DNA of 63,488 bases, counting the filler, from Perkinsus chesapeaki ATCC PRA-425 (taxonomy: Eukaryota > Protista > Perkinsozoa): NCBI GenBank assembly GCA_013115145.1. It is 13 parts of 13 records of this genome, joined end to end, with 100 filler letters (N's around TTAATTAATTAA, not from the genome) between each part and the next. Parts side by side here need not be neighbours in the genome. Positions count along the whole stretch, not along the records: positions 1 to 19,422 come from JAAPAO010000640.1; positions 19,523 to 28,555 come from JAAPAO010000949.1; 11 more parts are not named here. One strand, written 5' to 3'. The position numbers were made by a program, and so were the translations under genes. This document shows, piece by piece, positions 10,902-23,854 of the stretch. The notes under the pieces were generated by a model that was not told the origin of the DNA, searched no databases, and was given only the letters and a program-made list of their open reading frames with translations. The number at the start of each line of letters is the position of its first letter. The stretch's first letter is position 1.

Positions 10902-13835
10902 CAATAGTCCTACCCTGGTCATTGTATTGATGTATTCATGTATGACATGTTTTGGTTAACGCCCTTATGTACTTGTAATCTTTTGTCGTGTTCGGTGCGT
11001 GATCCACAGTAGAGCTCTGGATAATGTGGTTGCTGTTTCCGCTTTGTGATTAAAACGCCCTCCGGCGGACTTCGGGCCCAATACATTTTTGTAAGGTTGA
11101 GACACCACGGCGTTTCATGACTTCCTGGCGATTCCTGAAGGCCATACGTTTTTCATGCTGGAAGCTTCGCGACTTATGGATGCGAAACCCCTTCAATCAC
11201 ATCCCCCTGTTGCGTTGGTATAACCCACCCCGAGCATGCTTCGACAAGGAAGCCAAGCGCTACTCACTATTCCACGAGAATGTCACTAAGCAATGCCGAA
11301 GTCGTCAACCTCAGCCGTCCCTCTATAGAAGATGAGGAGCAGGAGTCTCTCAGAGAACTACAAGAGACCAGACGCCTCAACGACAAGTACGCTTCCGACT
11401 GAGATAATGGCGTAACGATTTACCATTACAGATTAAAACACCAAAATGAAGAACTGGCCAAACGTTTATCATCCCCGAAGCCAAGCCCGGCATCTGGAAT
11501 GTGGTCGCCCCCGACGGTGAAGTTGGATCTTTAATTAATAACGACAGCGCTTACAGCTCGATATCAGCTGATATTATCAGACTGATATAGTTTCTTCGTT
11601 AATCGGCTGCTGCTTAGGGTGCCTGATGTTTCATTATTTCTACTACAGTATTTCCTCGAATTTCTGGACGAAGGAATCCGCTCAATTCATTAGTTGATAT
11701 CAACAAATAACTAGAATAATTAAGACGGTCTTGCGGCAAGTCTTGCCACGACTCCTGCCATGTCGCTGTTAAAGTGTCTATTCTGCTCGGCCAAAAAGCC
11801 AAAATCGTGCAAGCGATTACTAGATGGCTATTTATCAATCGATAAAGATGCTCCAAAAGAAAATGAACTCGAGCCTGATACTCGCGTATCAGGCTCCCTA
11901 GTTTTCTAACTGTCACCCAACTTTCACGGTAACATTTGCAACCTTTAGTAGTTCTACACTAGTTGCTTGTTTTGTACCTATGTAGTTGACACAGAAGCTC
12001 CGTGACGGAGCCCCTTTCACATGCAATTCTACTAGCTAATATGATTGAGAGCGACATGAACGAGGTCGGCGGCAGGTTCTGTCGCTTCAGTTACGGACTT
12101 TGCACCATCGAGTTGACCGCCTCAGTCGAGAGCGCGATGAAATGAAGCTCGACGAAATGTCACGTGACATCGACCGCCTAAAGTGAGTCACTTTGAGTGA
12201 CGCTAAGGGACTGGCTTTGGCTCAAACTTCAGCAATAGAGATCGCTGCTTGCACTACCATTGTCTTTCTGGATTCAGAGACAGAGATATGGTGCAAGGCC
12301 GATTGATTGGGAAATTGCAGGAAATTCTGCAGAAGGCCTTGCTCAGAGTGCCACCGTCGGTTAGGATGGATTTGGAGGACGGTAGCGCCTAGAAATCTCG
12401 ATTTGTGATGAATGCTTCCAACAGAGATCGAGAAGGCTCTCGGAACTCATCGAGTATCGCCACTGTCTCCTAGTAGTGGTCTACGCAGCCCTCTAGCTGC
12501 CCGTAGACAGCTGACCAATGCTCCAGTAAGCATGACATCAATGACATCTTCTACCTCGCACCGGTTATATGTAGGCTGAGCGAGACAGTGTCACAACGAC
12601 TCCGCCAAGTTTACTGGACCACTTCAACTGCGCAGACCCATCGTCCCGCCTACAGTAACATACACAGTTGGCAGGTGCATGTCATGTGTTCCTCCCACTT
12701 AGGTTCACCGAGGCTTCTCCACCTCCCACTAGCACGAGCCACCATCACGCGATCTCAATCGCCAAGGAAATGCAGAAGATTTCAGAAAGGCTACGTCAAC
12801 TGTCCGATGAGTTATCTGGCGATCTTCCGAGCACACAGAGATCCCAGAGCCCCGGTCCGTTACCGAGGACGCTCCTTTCCCCTGGGCATATGGTATCGAG
12901 AGCATTAGCTAGTCCACATCAAAATCTGCGTGGTCGATTGGGACCTCTACCGACTGTTTCGCCCTATATGGTACAGCGCTGGCAATCTGGTGGCGGAACC
13001 TCGTTTCTACCAAGTGTGTCTCACACTGGAACATGGAATGCTGTATGGCAACAAAGTGCATACTTGCAGAGATAATTTCACTTTCTGGCAGATTTGAGTC
13101 GAGTTCTTGTGATAAAGCATCGTTTGCCTACTACTGAAAACTCAACACTAACAATGAATTCAGGGAACACCAGGATCTCTCAGAACGCGATTTCGTCCAT
13201 TGTTTAAGATGCTCTCAAGAGGCACGCCGCTATCGTAAAGGATAGTCCAATCGGCAACATCAGAACTGATAGAACGTACATTATAGCGGCGCGCAGCAGA
13301 CCACATAGCTTACATCGCCTCCGTAGTGTTCCAGCATTTTGTCATTGAAGCAACAGTTCGTGTGGCACTGACGCCACCTCTGCGTTGGCCAGCCACCGGC
13401 TCTTCATTTCCAACCCCAAAGGTTCTCACGTACCATCTGCCAGGGAATTATCAGCTGATTGATACGGCGCTGTTGCCTGACCTGGTAAAGTCTGCGAGGC
13501 TCATTGTATTCTTACCGAGGTCTATGCAAACACTATACCACATTGAATCCAGAATCTTTCGTGGGAGGTCATAGCTGCAACCAGTGCATGAAGGCTAACC
13601 TAAAGATACTCCTACGCATCTTTGGCCTTCGAAAGGCTGCGGACCATGTCATCGAATTCGCCCTGTTCGATCTCGCCAGATCCATCCTGCAACATCACCG
13701 TAATGCATCACTCTTGATGATGCCTACCGCGTCTGTCTTTTCAAAAAGTCGTTTTATCTTCTCCATTTGCGAGAAGTGAAGGTTATTCTCGATAGCTACT
13801 TCTCTGATCTCTCGCTCTTCGGAAGACTCCTAATA

Positions 13836-14985
13836 TTAGCAACAACTCTCCCGTTTGACCCTCAAGTTTTGCGCACTTTGCACTGCAAGAAAGTCTGCGA
13901 GTCCACGAACAGGCCTTGTCGTCTCTGGCTCTCCCTTGTAGACACCTGACGGCCTAGTGATTCTGCGAGTGAAGAGATAAGGTCGATTACCCTCCTCCGA
14001 CAGGATGCTCTCCGCGTCGAATTCCTTCTGGCGGGTGCTTGAGTTGATGCTGCAAAAAAGCATTATTATGACTTTTTGCCACTTCGTTTCCGAGTGCTTG
14101 CTGTGGTCACAGTATCTTAGTTCTAGCGTTGTTGATAGCTCCATTGTCGGTCTATAATTCCAGAGACGGGTAAGGATTGAGCAAACAGGAGACAACTCCC
14201 CGATGGCATCTTTGTTGGCTCTCACAACGACACCTCGAGAGCTTTTACTTACCGAGCGAACTGGCGGACATTCTTCTAGTCCCGAAGCCATCAACTGGTG
14301 CTGTCATCGGGCGAACCCTGGAAAGAGAGATGACGGAGCTGACCGTGAGTTAAATCTACTCCGTTCTTGCACCTCCGGCATCGGCCGTGAGCTTTGTTTT
14401 TGACTGAGTCGGACGAGGTGGAGGCGCCTCTAGCAGCCCAGAATTGAACAGAACATTTCCTAAATTAACATGGACGTCCCAATTGCCATTAAGCGTCTAC
14501 CATTTAGAGCATGAAGTGTGACCGAGACGCAAAGCTTCTTCTTGTCGCTAGTAAAAGTATGTGCCGTGTAACCTGTCACGCTTTTATTTTCAACAAGTTA
14601 CTTCTAGGACTCTCACGAGCGTCAAACTCGATGGTCAGACCGCAGATAGTATGCACTTTTAAGGCCTTAACGTAGCTCTCTAGCTCCCGAACTTTCTCTT
14701 GGTCCGTAAGGCTCCGCAACCCGATGAATGTGAATTCTAAACTCGAGAGATTGGGCACCTGTCAAATGCGCCACTCAGTTGCCGATCTGATGGAGCCTCA
14801 CTTTCACACGGAACTTTAGTCGTTTTGGAGCGAGGTCGGCAGCAAGTCTCTTTCCTGTACAAGACAAGTCTGCTACGTCGTACGTAAAAGCTCACTAAGT
14901 GCTGGTATGAGGACATATGCCTTCGGCTTCACCAAACTAGTTGCCGTAGAATGCTTTAGCGTCGCTCGTTCGTAAGGGAGTTTGT
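13836..14985 (-). CDS. Possible multi-exon hypothetical protein (degenerate?)
   Basis: Protein-like segments MDKLPYE..., PNLSSLEFTFIGLRSL... (after a CAG acceptor) and ORF 13836-14294. These could not be joined reliably. Confidence 0.22.
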
Positions 14986-15107
14986 CCATGCGTGAACATC
15001 GTCAAAGACAGTTGCCGTGTTCCCTTATAGAAAACGCAACCATGCCAAGACACACTCACAAACAACGTAACATGTGACGAAGCGGACTGTTTTAAGAGGA
15101 TTATTTT

Positions 15108-15960
15108 TCATTCTTTTGTCAATAAAGCAATCTGGGTCCGTAACTGTTGGTTCATCTTCTCCATGGAATCTATTTCTGTTAATAACTCGCTCAGCCGCGC
15201 CGCTCTATCAGAAGTTTCATCAGGACATTCCCGCTGTGGCTCTGAAAGCTTCACTCCTCTCGCTGTCTTTTCGGCAAGTGTCAGGGCGGCCTCGCCAGGT
15301 TTAACGATGGTGTTTTGAGCTTCCCTACATACAATCCCTAGCTCGATCGTTCCGGCAACGTGTCCCGTTGTGTGCTCCCAATACGTCATTCTCCTCAATG
15401 GGAATGTTTTCCCTATAATAACGGACAAGGGCAATGTGAGGAAGCCTCGAGGAGGGCCAAGCTCAACTCGGAGCATCTCCGAACCGTCGATGTATACTTC
15501 AGACCATAGCCGCTCCCGGGAACAAATGAGCGTCTTGTCAATGAACGCGTTTAGGAAAGTTAGATGGTTGAATTCGCCCAGCAACTCCACGCGGTATTTG
15601 CGTTTTAAAAGCGCCGGTTTATCTGACTGTTGTCGTTCGGGCAAAGGTTTCTCCAGCGAGTATCTTTCTGTGACATCTCCGCCACGCAGAAGACCAATGA
15701 TTTGCTCTCGGGTCCATCTGAAAACGGCGTTACGGTTGAAGAAGTTGAATAACCCGGAGCTCTGATTAAGAGCGTATAAAGAGGGATGGGGTGTTCCTCA
15801 CCTTAGGTCCCAGTCGTTGCCAGTTTTAAGGAGTAAGTTCCTGAGTTCACTAAGACTCATCTCCTCAAAGGGAACAGGGTGCCCACCAACTACACCAAGC
15901 GCCCATGGCACTGGTTGGGTTGGACAGAAGATTCTATTGGGAGACAAAGTTGAGACTCTT
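15108..15960 (-). CDS. Hypothetical protein with C-terminal coiled coil, at least 2 exons
   Basis: The frame is open from ~15765 to 15108 and ends RLSELLTEIDSMEKMNQQLRTQIALLTKE*. An upstream exon ends at a GTGAGG donor with a ...AATCAG acceptor. Confidence 0.45.
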
Positions 15961-16833
15961 AAACTGCTACAGATATAATGTATCGGAGTTTGCGAATGGA
16001 TGTATTTCTGGGAGCCACATGAGCAATTACGGGTTGCTCGGATAGTACGGATAAGCTCTACGAGGGACTCTCAGTAAGCAAGTGAAATCCTCTGATGAAT
16101 TTCTAACCGATTGGAAATTTTTCATGCAATTTGCAGGAAAAAATCACGTTCGACTAGAAAGCGTTTTACAAGCTACACTTGTGTTTATCGGCCTTCCTAG
16201 CCCCTTTCTTGGCCCTTAGAATTCTGATCTTCTGTTAGGTCGACCGAGACAGCTTGCCTCGTCATTCTGTCGAAAAAGTTCTGACAAGTTGACGACTTCT
16301 AGCTAGAAAGAGAATTAACACTTCTATGCTTTATATCATCGAATCGAATCGGTTTCGTATGGGAAGTCCAGATTCAGCTCATGAGTCTTCTCTACTTAGC
16401 CTCATTCGACGATCAATTGTGGTTTGTTATTATGTGACTTACGGTGCTGCACTGCAAGGCTCAGCCAGTGATGAGTGCATTTTAGTGTTTACAATGTACA
16501 TGTGTACATACTAATCGAGTTTAGGCTTAATTTAAGCCATGGTTATATTCACCGTTGTATCTATATACTTATATAGCAGTAATTCCTATTATATACAAAT
16601 GTATCTGAGTAGTCCTAATAGTATATGTGGAGACCTTTCCTTTTATTAAATGTAGTAAAATTTTTGTGTATTAACTTCTACGATTCTCTGACCCTTCCAT
16701 CATCTCCACAGGAACAGCAGGTCCTCCAATTGAGTACTTTTTTAGGAGCTTTTATGAGCTCTCCCGTGGAATAACTGAACATGTGAACGTCAATGTTCCA
16801 TTTACTGCTATCTTCAGTACGTACTTTCTTTTA

Positions 16834-17801
16834 ATGTCCTGGAACGACTACATCTCCCATTACCTCCTCTCAGAGGGGAAGTGCTACGCCGGTGCCCTCG
16901 GAAATTCCTCCGACTACAAGCTTTTTGCAGCGCAAGGTAGCCGCTGTTCGTTTAGGCATTGTTTAGCATACTGGCTCAGGCACGAGTTCAGAGGAGGAAG
17001 GCTGGGCCGCTACATTCTCGGAGGACTTCGAGACTGAGGTGCTTGTTGATGAAGTCACTGAGCAGACTCAGAAGGTCACTATTAATGAGGCAACGGCATT
17101 GCGGGAGGCTATGGAGACAGGTGATTAAAAGCGCTGTTCATTTGCAGTTTGTGTCTTTGAGTGGATTGAGATTGTTAATATTAGTTAAATATACTGTGGG
17201 ATTTCATAATCGTATTTCACATGACATTGAAGTCTAGAGATAGTTCCAAAACTCGTTCATGATAGTATAAATGTCCGTAAGGGTCGCTCTGTCTCTCGAG
17301 CACTATCACAAAGTCACATCGTTATTTTGTAAAGGTAAGAGCTGTTTCGACATCGCTCCTAAATTCCTTGCCTTTACGACGAATTTAATAAGCCCATCAC
17401 TGTAACTGACGTTTGCCTTTCAGGTTCAACTTCTAATGGATTGTTTATTGGTGGCAACAAGTATCGAATTGTTAAGTATGAAACTGATTTTGATTGCGCC
17501 GGCCAAGAGTAGGTGAAGCGAGGTTCATCCCTGACTCATTTCCATTTCAGGGTTGTCTGTCTCTTCGGAGCGCTGGGCAAAAAAGGTGTTTGCGTCATCA
17601 ACACAGGTAATCGTGGTTGCTAGCATTTGTTCGATCTGAGGGAATGCATCTCAGGAACTATGCTTGTAATGGGAATGTATGACGAGGAGCTCGGTCAGAC
17701 CGGTGGGAACTGCAAGAGCGCTTGCGCAGCCTTCGCCGAGTAACAGCGGAGCAAAGAAAGTTAGGACGTTTTTTGGCAGGTTCTTGTTGCAGAATATGTG
17801 A
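16834..17801 (+). CDS. PFN: Profilin, apicomplexan/alveolate type (6 exons, ~163 aa)
   Basis: Spliced: MSWNDYISHYLLSEGKCYAGALGNSSDYKLFAAQG|TSSEEEGWAATFSEDFETEVLVDEVTEQTQKVTINEATALREAMETG|STSNGLFIGGNKYRIVKYETDFDCAGQE|VVCLFGALGKKGVCVINTG|TMLVMGMYDEELGQTGGNCKSACAAFAE|FLLQNM*. All introns are GT-AG with consistent phase. Confidence 0.93.
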
Positions 17802-18149
17802 GGTTGACGGAGTGATTCATTATTATGATGCGGTGGTTTCTTTAATGCACTTCGACTGAGTATCGCGTTACCAGTTTGTTGCGGGGAAGAGTGATGTAGA
17901 AGTGCCTCTTCGGGGCACAAACGTCTCAAGGCTGGGTCTCAGTCCGGATAAGTCCAACGCTTATCGGGCTATCATTGGAGCTTAAACGAATCGTTACGAA
18001 TATACAGAAAAACGGAAAAATGCTTAAATTTCCGTAAGATGTGGTTATGCATTTCTAGAGGTGTTTTCCATTTTCCCTCGAAACATTGTAATTACAGGCG
18101 TTCTTCATTTGGACGGCAGGGGGCTATATAAATTAGATGCCCTCGGGTG

Positions 18150-19365
18150 AAATGTGTTGTGCGGCTTAAGCGGGTTATTACGTATCGTTATAAATGGGAA
18201 AAGTCCTTTCGATTCATTGCGGTATAAACACACAGGTTGTTTTGATGAGGTTCGGTATGCAATAATTGTATCCAAAGATAGTATAATATATATCTTGTTC
18301 ATGACTGTCATGAGGGGGACAGCCGACACAATACTTAGTATGCTCAGCTAGGTGTTATTAAGTTTCCATTGCAGCAGGTTGCGAGACCACCCGTCGGTTT
18401 CCAACTTGTCTTGCATCATTCTCTCCGAGACGTTCCGCCTTTCAGACTGCTGCTCTTCCGCCCGGGAGGTTGTTCTAGGCTTCAGTAGGCGCCCGAATCT
18501 TCGATCATGTTTCCAGTTGTTGGTTTCGTAATGTCGTCTTTTCTGACCAAATGCGGCCTTTGTGGCTTGCTTGTTTCGTTGATCATCGGACTGTTCGGCT
18601 TCCTTAGTGGGGATATTGTAATATAATGCTAAGTTGCTGTTATCTATCATTCGTTCCTTTTTCAGGTTTTAACAGATGTGACAGGCCCTGTTCCGGTGCT
18701 CGGCGAGGGCGGCTATGATGTCCAAGATTTAGTTGTTCCAACGGCTACAGGAACTAAACTCCAGGTAACCAGAAAATCTGGACAGAGCGAAGAATTTGCC
18801 AGAGCTAGGTGGTCTTTCGGATCTTCTTGTTCGACTGCGCTACTAAGTAAGGCATGCATGTGTGTTCTTGCGTGGCTTGTTCCCCCAATTGACGGATTTT
18901 GCGGAGAGCCTTCGATCTGAAATTCCAACATAGCGTTGCTTTAAAACATTACAATATACATACTAAACTTCATACACTATACACAGGATATAGTTAATTT
19001 ACTGCCTACTTGTATATACATGTATTTCGACATCGATTATTTTCCTCGCTTGCCTGTTTTCAGATTTTGGCGTGGATATTGGGACAGTGGCGCGGTGGGC
19101 GAGTTATCAGAAGGGCACTCCTCAATGGGAACCATGTAAGAAGCTCGATTACTGAGGCGGGATATATGTTTCGGTACCCAGCCTGAATCCCTCCGGCAGC
19201 TGGCGCTGCAAGTCGATAAAAGGATACCATCATTAACCATGCCGATACAGAGGCTAAGTAAGCAAATGAAATGGAATGAGTTAATGAAGGCACTAAACAG
19301 GTGACGAGGACTTTGAAAAGGCGAAAAAATACGCTGCGGAAGAACGTGGTGAACTGAGACAGGTA
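18150..19365 (+). CDS. Probable multi-exon hypothetical protein, 3' end lost in gap
   Basis: Several short segments bounded by AG and GT(A)AG (e.g. DVTGPVPVLGEGGYDVQDLVVPTATGTKLQ, DFGVDIGTVARWASYQKGTPQWEP, DEDFEKAKKYAAEERGELRQ). No family was recognised. Confidence 0.3.
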
Positions 19366-19422
19366 GGCCGTTGGTATAGTTTAGTCTGAAATGGTTATGT
19401 AGAAACCAACAAAGTATCTGAG

Positions 19423-19522
19423 NNNNNNNNNNNNNNNNNNNNNNNNNNNNNNNNNNNNNNNNNNNNTTAATTAATTAANNNNNNNNNNNNNNNNNNNNNN
19501 NNNNNNNNNNNNNNNNNNNNNN
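19423..19522. other. Artificial contig spacer (N44-TTAATTAATTAA-N44). Identical spacers at 28556, 30281, 31599, 39381, 40538, 46315, 47419, 49973, 55130, 57439 and 61969
   Basis: Twelve identical 100-bp blocks contain a six-frame stop linker. A separate 97-N gap without linker lies at 44658-44754. Confidence 0.98.
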
Positions 19523-19720
19523 AACTTTTGGAGTGTGTTCGGGTTTCGGGTTTGAGTATTCCTCCCGCACTCCCGTGTTCGATGGGATTTTACGTGCGCG
19601 TCCACTGCCAGAGGCAGTGGCAGTGCACCGCCGTCATGATCTTGACCGGCCAATCCTTGATCACCCAGGCCACGCGTGTCCCGAATAATCACCGATTGAC
19701 CTCGCACACAAGATTTCCAA
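19523..19720 (-). mobile_element. Fragment homologous to the LTR-integrase relic at 29.1 kb
   Basis: 19523-19580 (aacttttggagtgtgttcgggtttcgggtttgagtattcctcccgcactcccgtgtt) closely matches the reverse complement of ~29126-29181. Confidence 0.45.
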
Positions 19721-22700
19721 ACAATATTGGTGACAGTAGTCTGGTTCAGCTTTCTTGCTCTACTGATTCAGTAGTACTGAATAATCACTTATTGCTATTG
19801 ATTATTACAAGTTGAAAGTAGTCAATATGCAAAAACTATTACTCGTTAAACTTCTCGCGAAGAGGATGTACTATACTCGATGAGCGATTTACACGGCGAA
19901 ATCCTTTCACATCGAGAACCTCTGCCGTCTTATTGGCCCCTGTAATAACCAAGTCCACTTTCAGTATTTGCTAGCATGCCTCTATGAGGAGCTCTCTGAG
20001 AAAAATAGCGAACTAGTCAGTCAACGAGCTAGTTCCCCAATTGGGCGTTTCTTGCGTACATCCGTTTGCGTGCCGCATGGTTTGGCCGGGAGGAGGTACA
20101 AGGAATCTCAAATTGAGATTCTTAATGAAGAGCATTGTGCATTAATATTAGTTACCTACCGACTGATCCTCGTGTCGGGGTGTACAAATTTGTCATGAAT
20201 CATTCGTGATTCTTGGAATTCCACGTGCGACGTGAATGTTTCATTCAGTTTCAATTGTGCAACATCTCACAGAATGCCGTGGCCTGTCGTATCCTCTATG
20301 TGATCATGCCAAGTTGAGAAGGAGTGACGTTAGCAATAGGTGCCAGCCAAGCAAGACTTGCTTAGCAAGTTGGCGAGGACCAGCTTGGCAGAACTGCGAA
20401 GTTAAGGAAGCGCTTGCAGAAGCTTTGTCGGATGAAGCTGTATTCTCACGGAGGGATTATGAAACTCGTTGTACAAGAGATTCCAGTCGACGTGGTCAAA
20501 GAGTTCAACTGGTCTCACTGGCAATGGTGAAAGGCCTCAATGGTAAGCATTATTAAGGCAACGCTATTATCCCCTAAATAAATAGTAAAGTACTCATAAA
20601 TACTCATAGTTCAGTCTTGATGGAGACCACTGGTGTGACGTATAGTAGAACAACCCCAAAGCCTTTTAGTTAGCAGTACTAGCCTAGAACTAAAACACCA
20701 CACAAATTGAGGAATACATTTAACAACTGAAAGCCATGTAAGTTAATTATCGAGTAGAGCAAGTGTTAGCAACCGATGTGGCTTCGTCGATGGTCGAATC
20801 AGCTATACGCAAGAGAGAGGTATATTAGAAAAATCCCACCCGTGGATGGAAAGGTAACGGGAACTTCTCGGGGCGCTCTGCATCTCTTCTGGGAAGGAAC
20901 ATACTTGGCCAGTGCTTCGCCAGAGCATAGGCACCTGAACGTCATTCAAGCAAAGAGTCATCTACTCAAAACAGAAAGGCTTCCAAGGCGGGAAAAGGAA
21001 CATCACAAGCCCCGCTGGTCAAGCGGTAGAATCTGACGCTACTCTGTGAGTTTCTCAGTGAAATCAGGATCCCACAAATGCGCCCCTCACCTATCTTATC
21101 CTCTAAGTGCTTTGGTACGATAGTAGGTAAATCGCGGGTGTGGCCAGTTGGTTTTCTCATCTCCACGAACGTGGGGTTCACATCGCTAGCTTGTAGCGTT
21201 GGACTCGAGCGGGACCTCGAGAGGCATGTATGGGGACCTATATCAAGCTCGGGATAGTATATTTCGCACAAATGGAGATTTGATCGTACAAAAGATACAA
21301 AGGAAATCTACCGATTTTTCTGATCTCGCGTATAGGTCGATCGATTTCGCCACTTTACTCCATGCTGTTATAAATATGTTAATGAATGATCTCCCCGTTT
21401 CGGGTGATCAGAACGCGTTAATCTAAGCGTCACGCTCCGTATTCGCACTTCCTCACTAGGTCGGTGAATTGAGTAAGGAATTGGAACACCTTCACATGAT
21501 GAGTTCGTTGAGATTTCCACTAAAACGATTCATAAAAGGGAACGTTGCTCACCAGGGAATGTAGGAACATTATTTACGTACACCATTGCGGAGGGCTAAA
21601 CTGCTGTAAATACGGAACTGAGAAACCTCTCATGGGTGTGAAATTGATAACTCAAGGCAACGACTATGCAAGGAGACGTATTGTACTCAATATGACAAGT
21701 CATAACTTCGGCTCGCAGCGGAAGCTGAGGGGATGTCAACAAACTTTTGATATCGCATACCTCACTCGATTTTAGCTGCTTGTGATAATGAGCGGTATTC
21801 GGCCAGGTAACGAGACATCTGATCCTGAAGAACCAAAACAGGCAGATTTGTCTCCAACGTAGGGGTAGAATCTTCAGTATTTTTCTTCCTTCGCCGGTCT
21901 GAACTAGTATGTCGACAGGAGAAGTTAAAGCCGGATAAAGGTACTCATTCCCCGATGAACAATGGTCATGTCCATTACGTAGATATTCACGCAAGGTGCG
22001 ATCTCACCTTGAGAAGCTCCTCCATTTGTAACTTCTTTTGCTGATAAACTTCATTATTATTTTTCTTTGTAGGACTATGATATCTCTGCGGGGAGACGCC
22101 TGATAGACATCTTCGTTCTATTGGGGATCCTGCAGACTATGACCCGAGCCATGTCCTGATGCGCGAAGTGTCCCATGTGACACAGGAGCCACGCGTTAGC
22201 TAGTAACAGCAATTGCTGCAATTTCCGATCACTGTTTCCGACAATTTTCTTGTAAGACAATGTGCCATCCATCTGACGTATTGGTAGACGATCAATATTC
22301 GAATCCTTTTATCAGACGAGACGCCCGCGTGTACACTGAACCAAGCATCTCACCATTCATAGACTGATCGCCATCTTCGTAGCTTCCATCACTTGACTGG
22401 TCGCTGCTGACATCTGTACACCTTCGCTTTCGTTGCCGATCTGATCGCATGTGATCGTCCGATGCCTCCTGCTCGTCGAGACCGCTACTGCTTCCACTAA
22501 ATACAATGTTCCTATCAAACAGTCTGAAAGGCCCACCTCGAGCTTGTGGGTTCATCATCTTTAATTCTCATCCGCTTTAATCGCTGGTGCACAACGGAGA
22601 CCGTTGGGGATGCATCGTCGACAGGTCGGAGATCTTCGGGCAGCTCGGGAGCCGTTGGATCTTCTAAACCAAAGCACACTCGCGAAATGCCAATTTCAAT

Positions 22701-23854
22701 AGCTTGCGTGTTGGTGGTAGTGGGCGGCAATCCTATCGACGCTCAAGGAACAGGATAAGCTCGGCGACTTCGAGCCACCAGGTGCTCACCGATAGCATTT
22801 TTAATAACTCGAATTATATCATTCTGGCCCGTGTTTCCTGAGAATGGTGGGCCATAGTGCATCAATAAAACTACACTATGCTCGTGTCGTCCATTGTTAC
22901 CAATGTAGCTCATCCAAGACGTGGGTTGCCAGTTTAGTCAGAGGAATGCTACGTAACTTTAGACTTAGTCGACCGTCGCTATTTCGCTAGTACAACCTTA
23001 AACGAATTATTGCGGGGAAGGGACAGATAAACGGTCATCGTTGAGACGAGTCGTTACGAATGGTCAAACTTGATAGTAGATGCTATGGGTTTTATAAACA
23101 CTGTGCGACATAGTTATTAAACCTCCTCACAAAATAATATGACCTCCACATTTGTCATGATACTGATATAAACTGTCACGTGGCAGTTTATATCAGTATC
23201 ATAAAGAAGTTGTTTCTCACAAAATTGACTAGTCCTAACTCTTTCTCGTTAGTATTTTATAATGTAGAGGTCATATTATCTTGTATGGGTTGAGCTGCAT
23301 GTAATGTCGATAACGAAGACTTTCGGGTAACTTATTCGATCCTGATTCTCATTATGTTCCGACACTTAATTCACAACGAAAGACACAGACGAATATAGAA
23401 AAATACAAACAACATCCATCCTTGCCGTCACAAAGTGCAAATGCTACACTGTAGTTGGAGACAGTTCACACAATGACACATCATTCCAATGGGCTGCTGC
23501 TGCTGCCACGCAGAGAGCCTTCCGAATTAAATGGCGACTTGGGCGCAGGTTCCGGCTCTGAAGGCAAAGCTGAACGAGGATGGGGCAAACTCTATACCGT
23601 ATTTGCCGAGCTCGATGTCTGATGGTTCGATATGGCGACTTCCGATGACTTCAAGCTCAACGACCGAGCTACCGCGAGACCAGGCTGATGTGCACTTCGA
23701 GTATATCTATAGAAACAACCAAACCAACATTATGTGATTGCCAATCGGTGAAGGAGTTGAGCAATTGAAAATACCAAGCCGAACACTAAGTACGACACGT
23801 AAGCAGGAATTCCATAGGAACGGTTATTTGTGGAAAGTGCGAACCACCAAAGAG

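Noticed and set aside
12205-12230. Spliced-leader relic (tttggctcaa)
   Set aside because: Only ~10 nt resemble the dinoflagellate/perkinsid SL 3' end, which is compatible with chance.
11100-13800. Several medium ORFs (e.g. 12668-13075, 11614-11916)
   Set aside because: No recognisable domain or consistent exon chain was found. They may be degraded genes or elements but cannot be supported.
19467-19478. Recurring palindrome TTAATTAATTAA and ORFs ending in X...LIN
   Set aside because: This is an artificial six-frame-stop linker inside N spacers.
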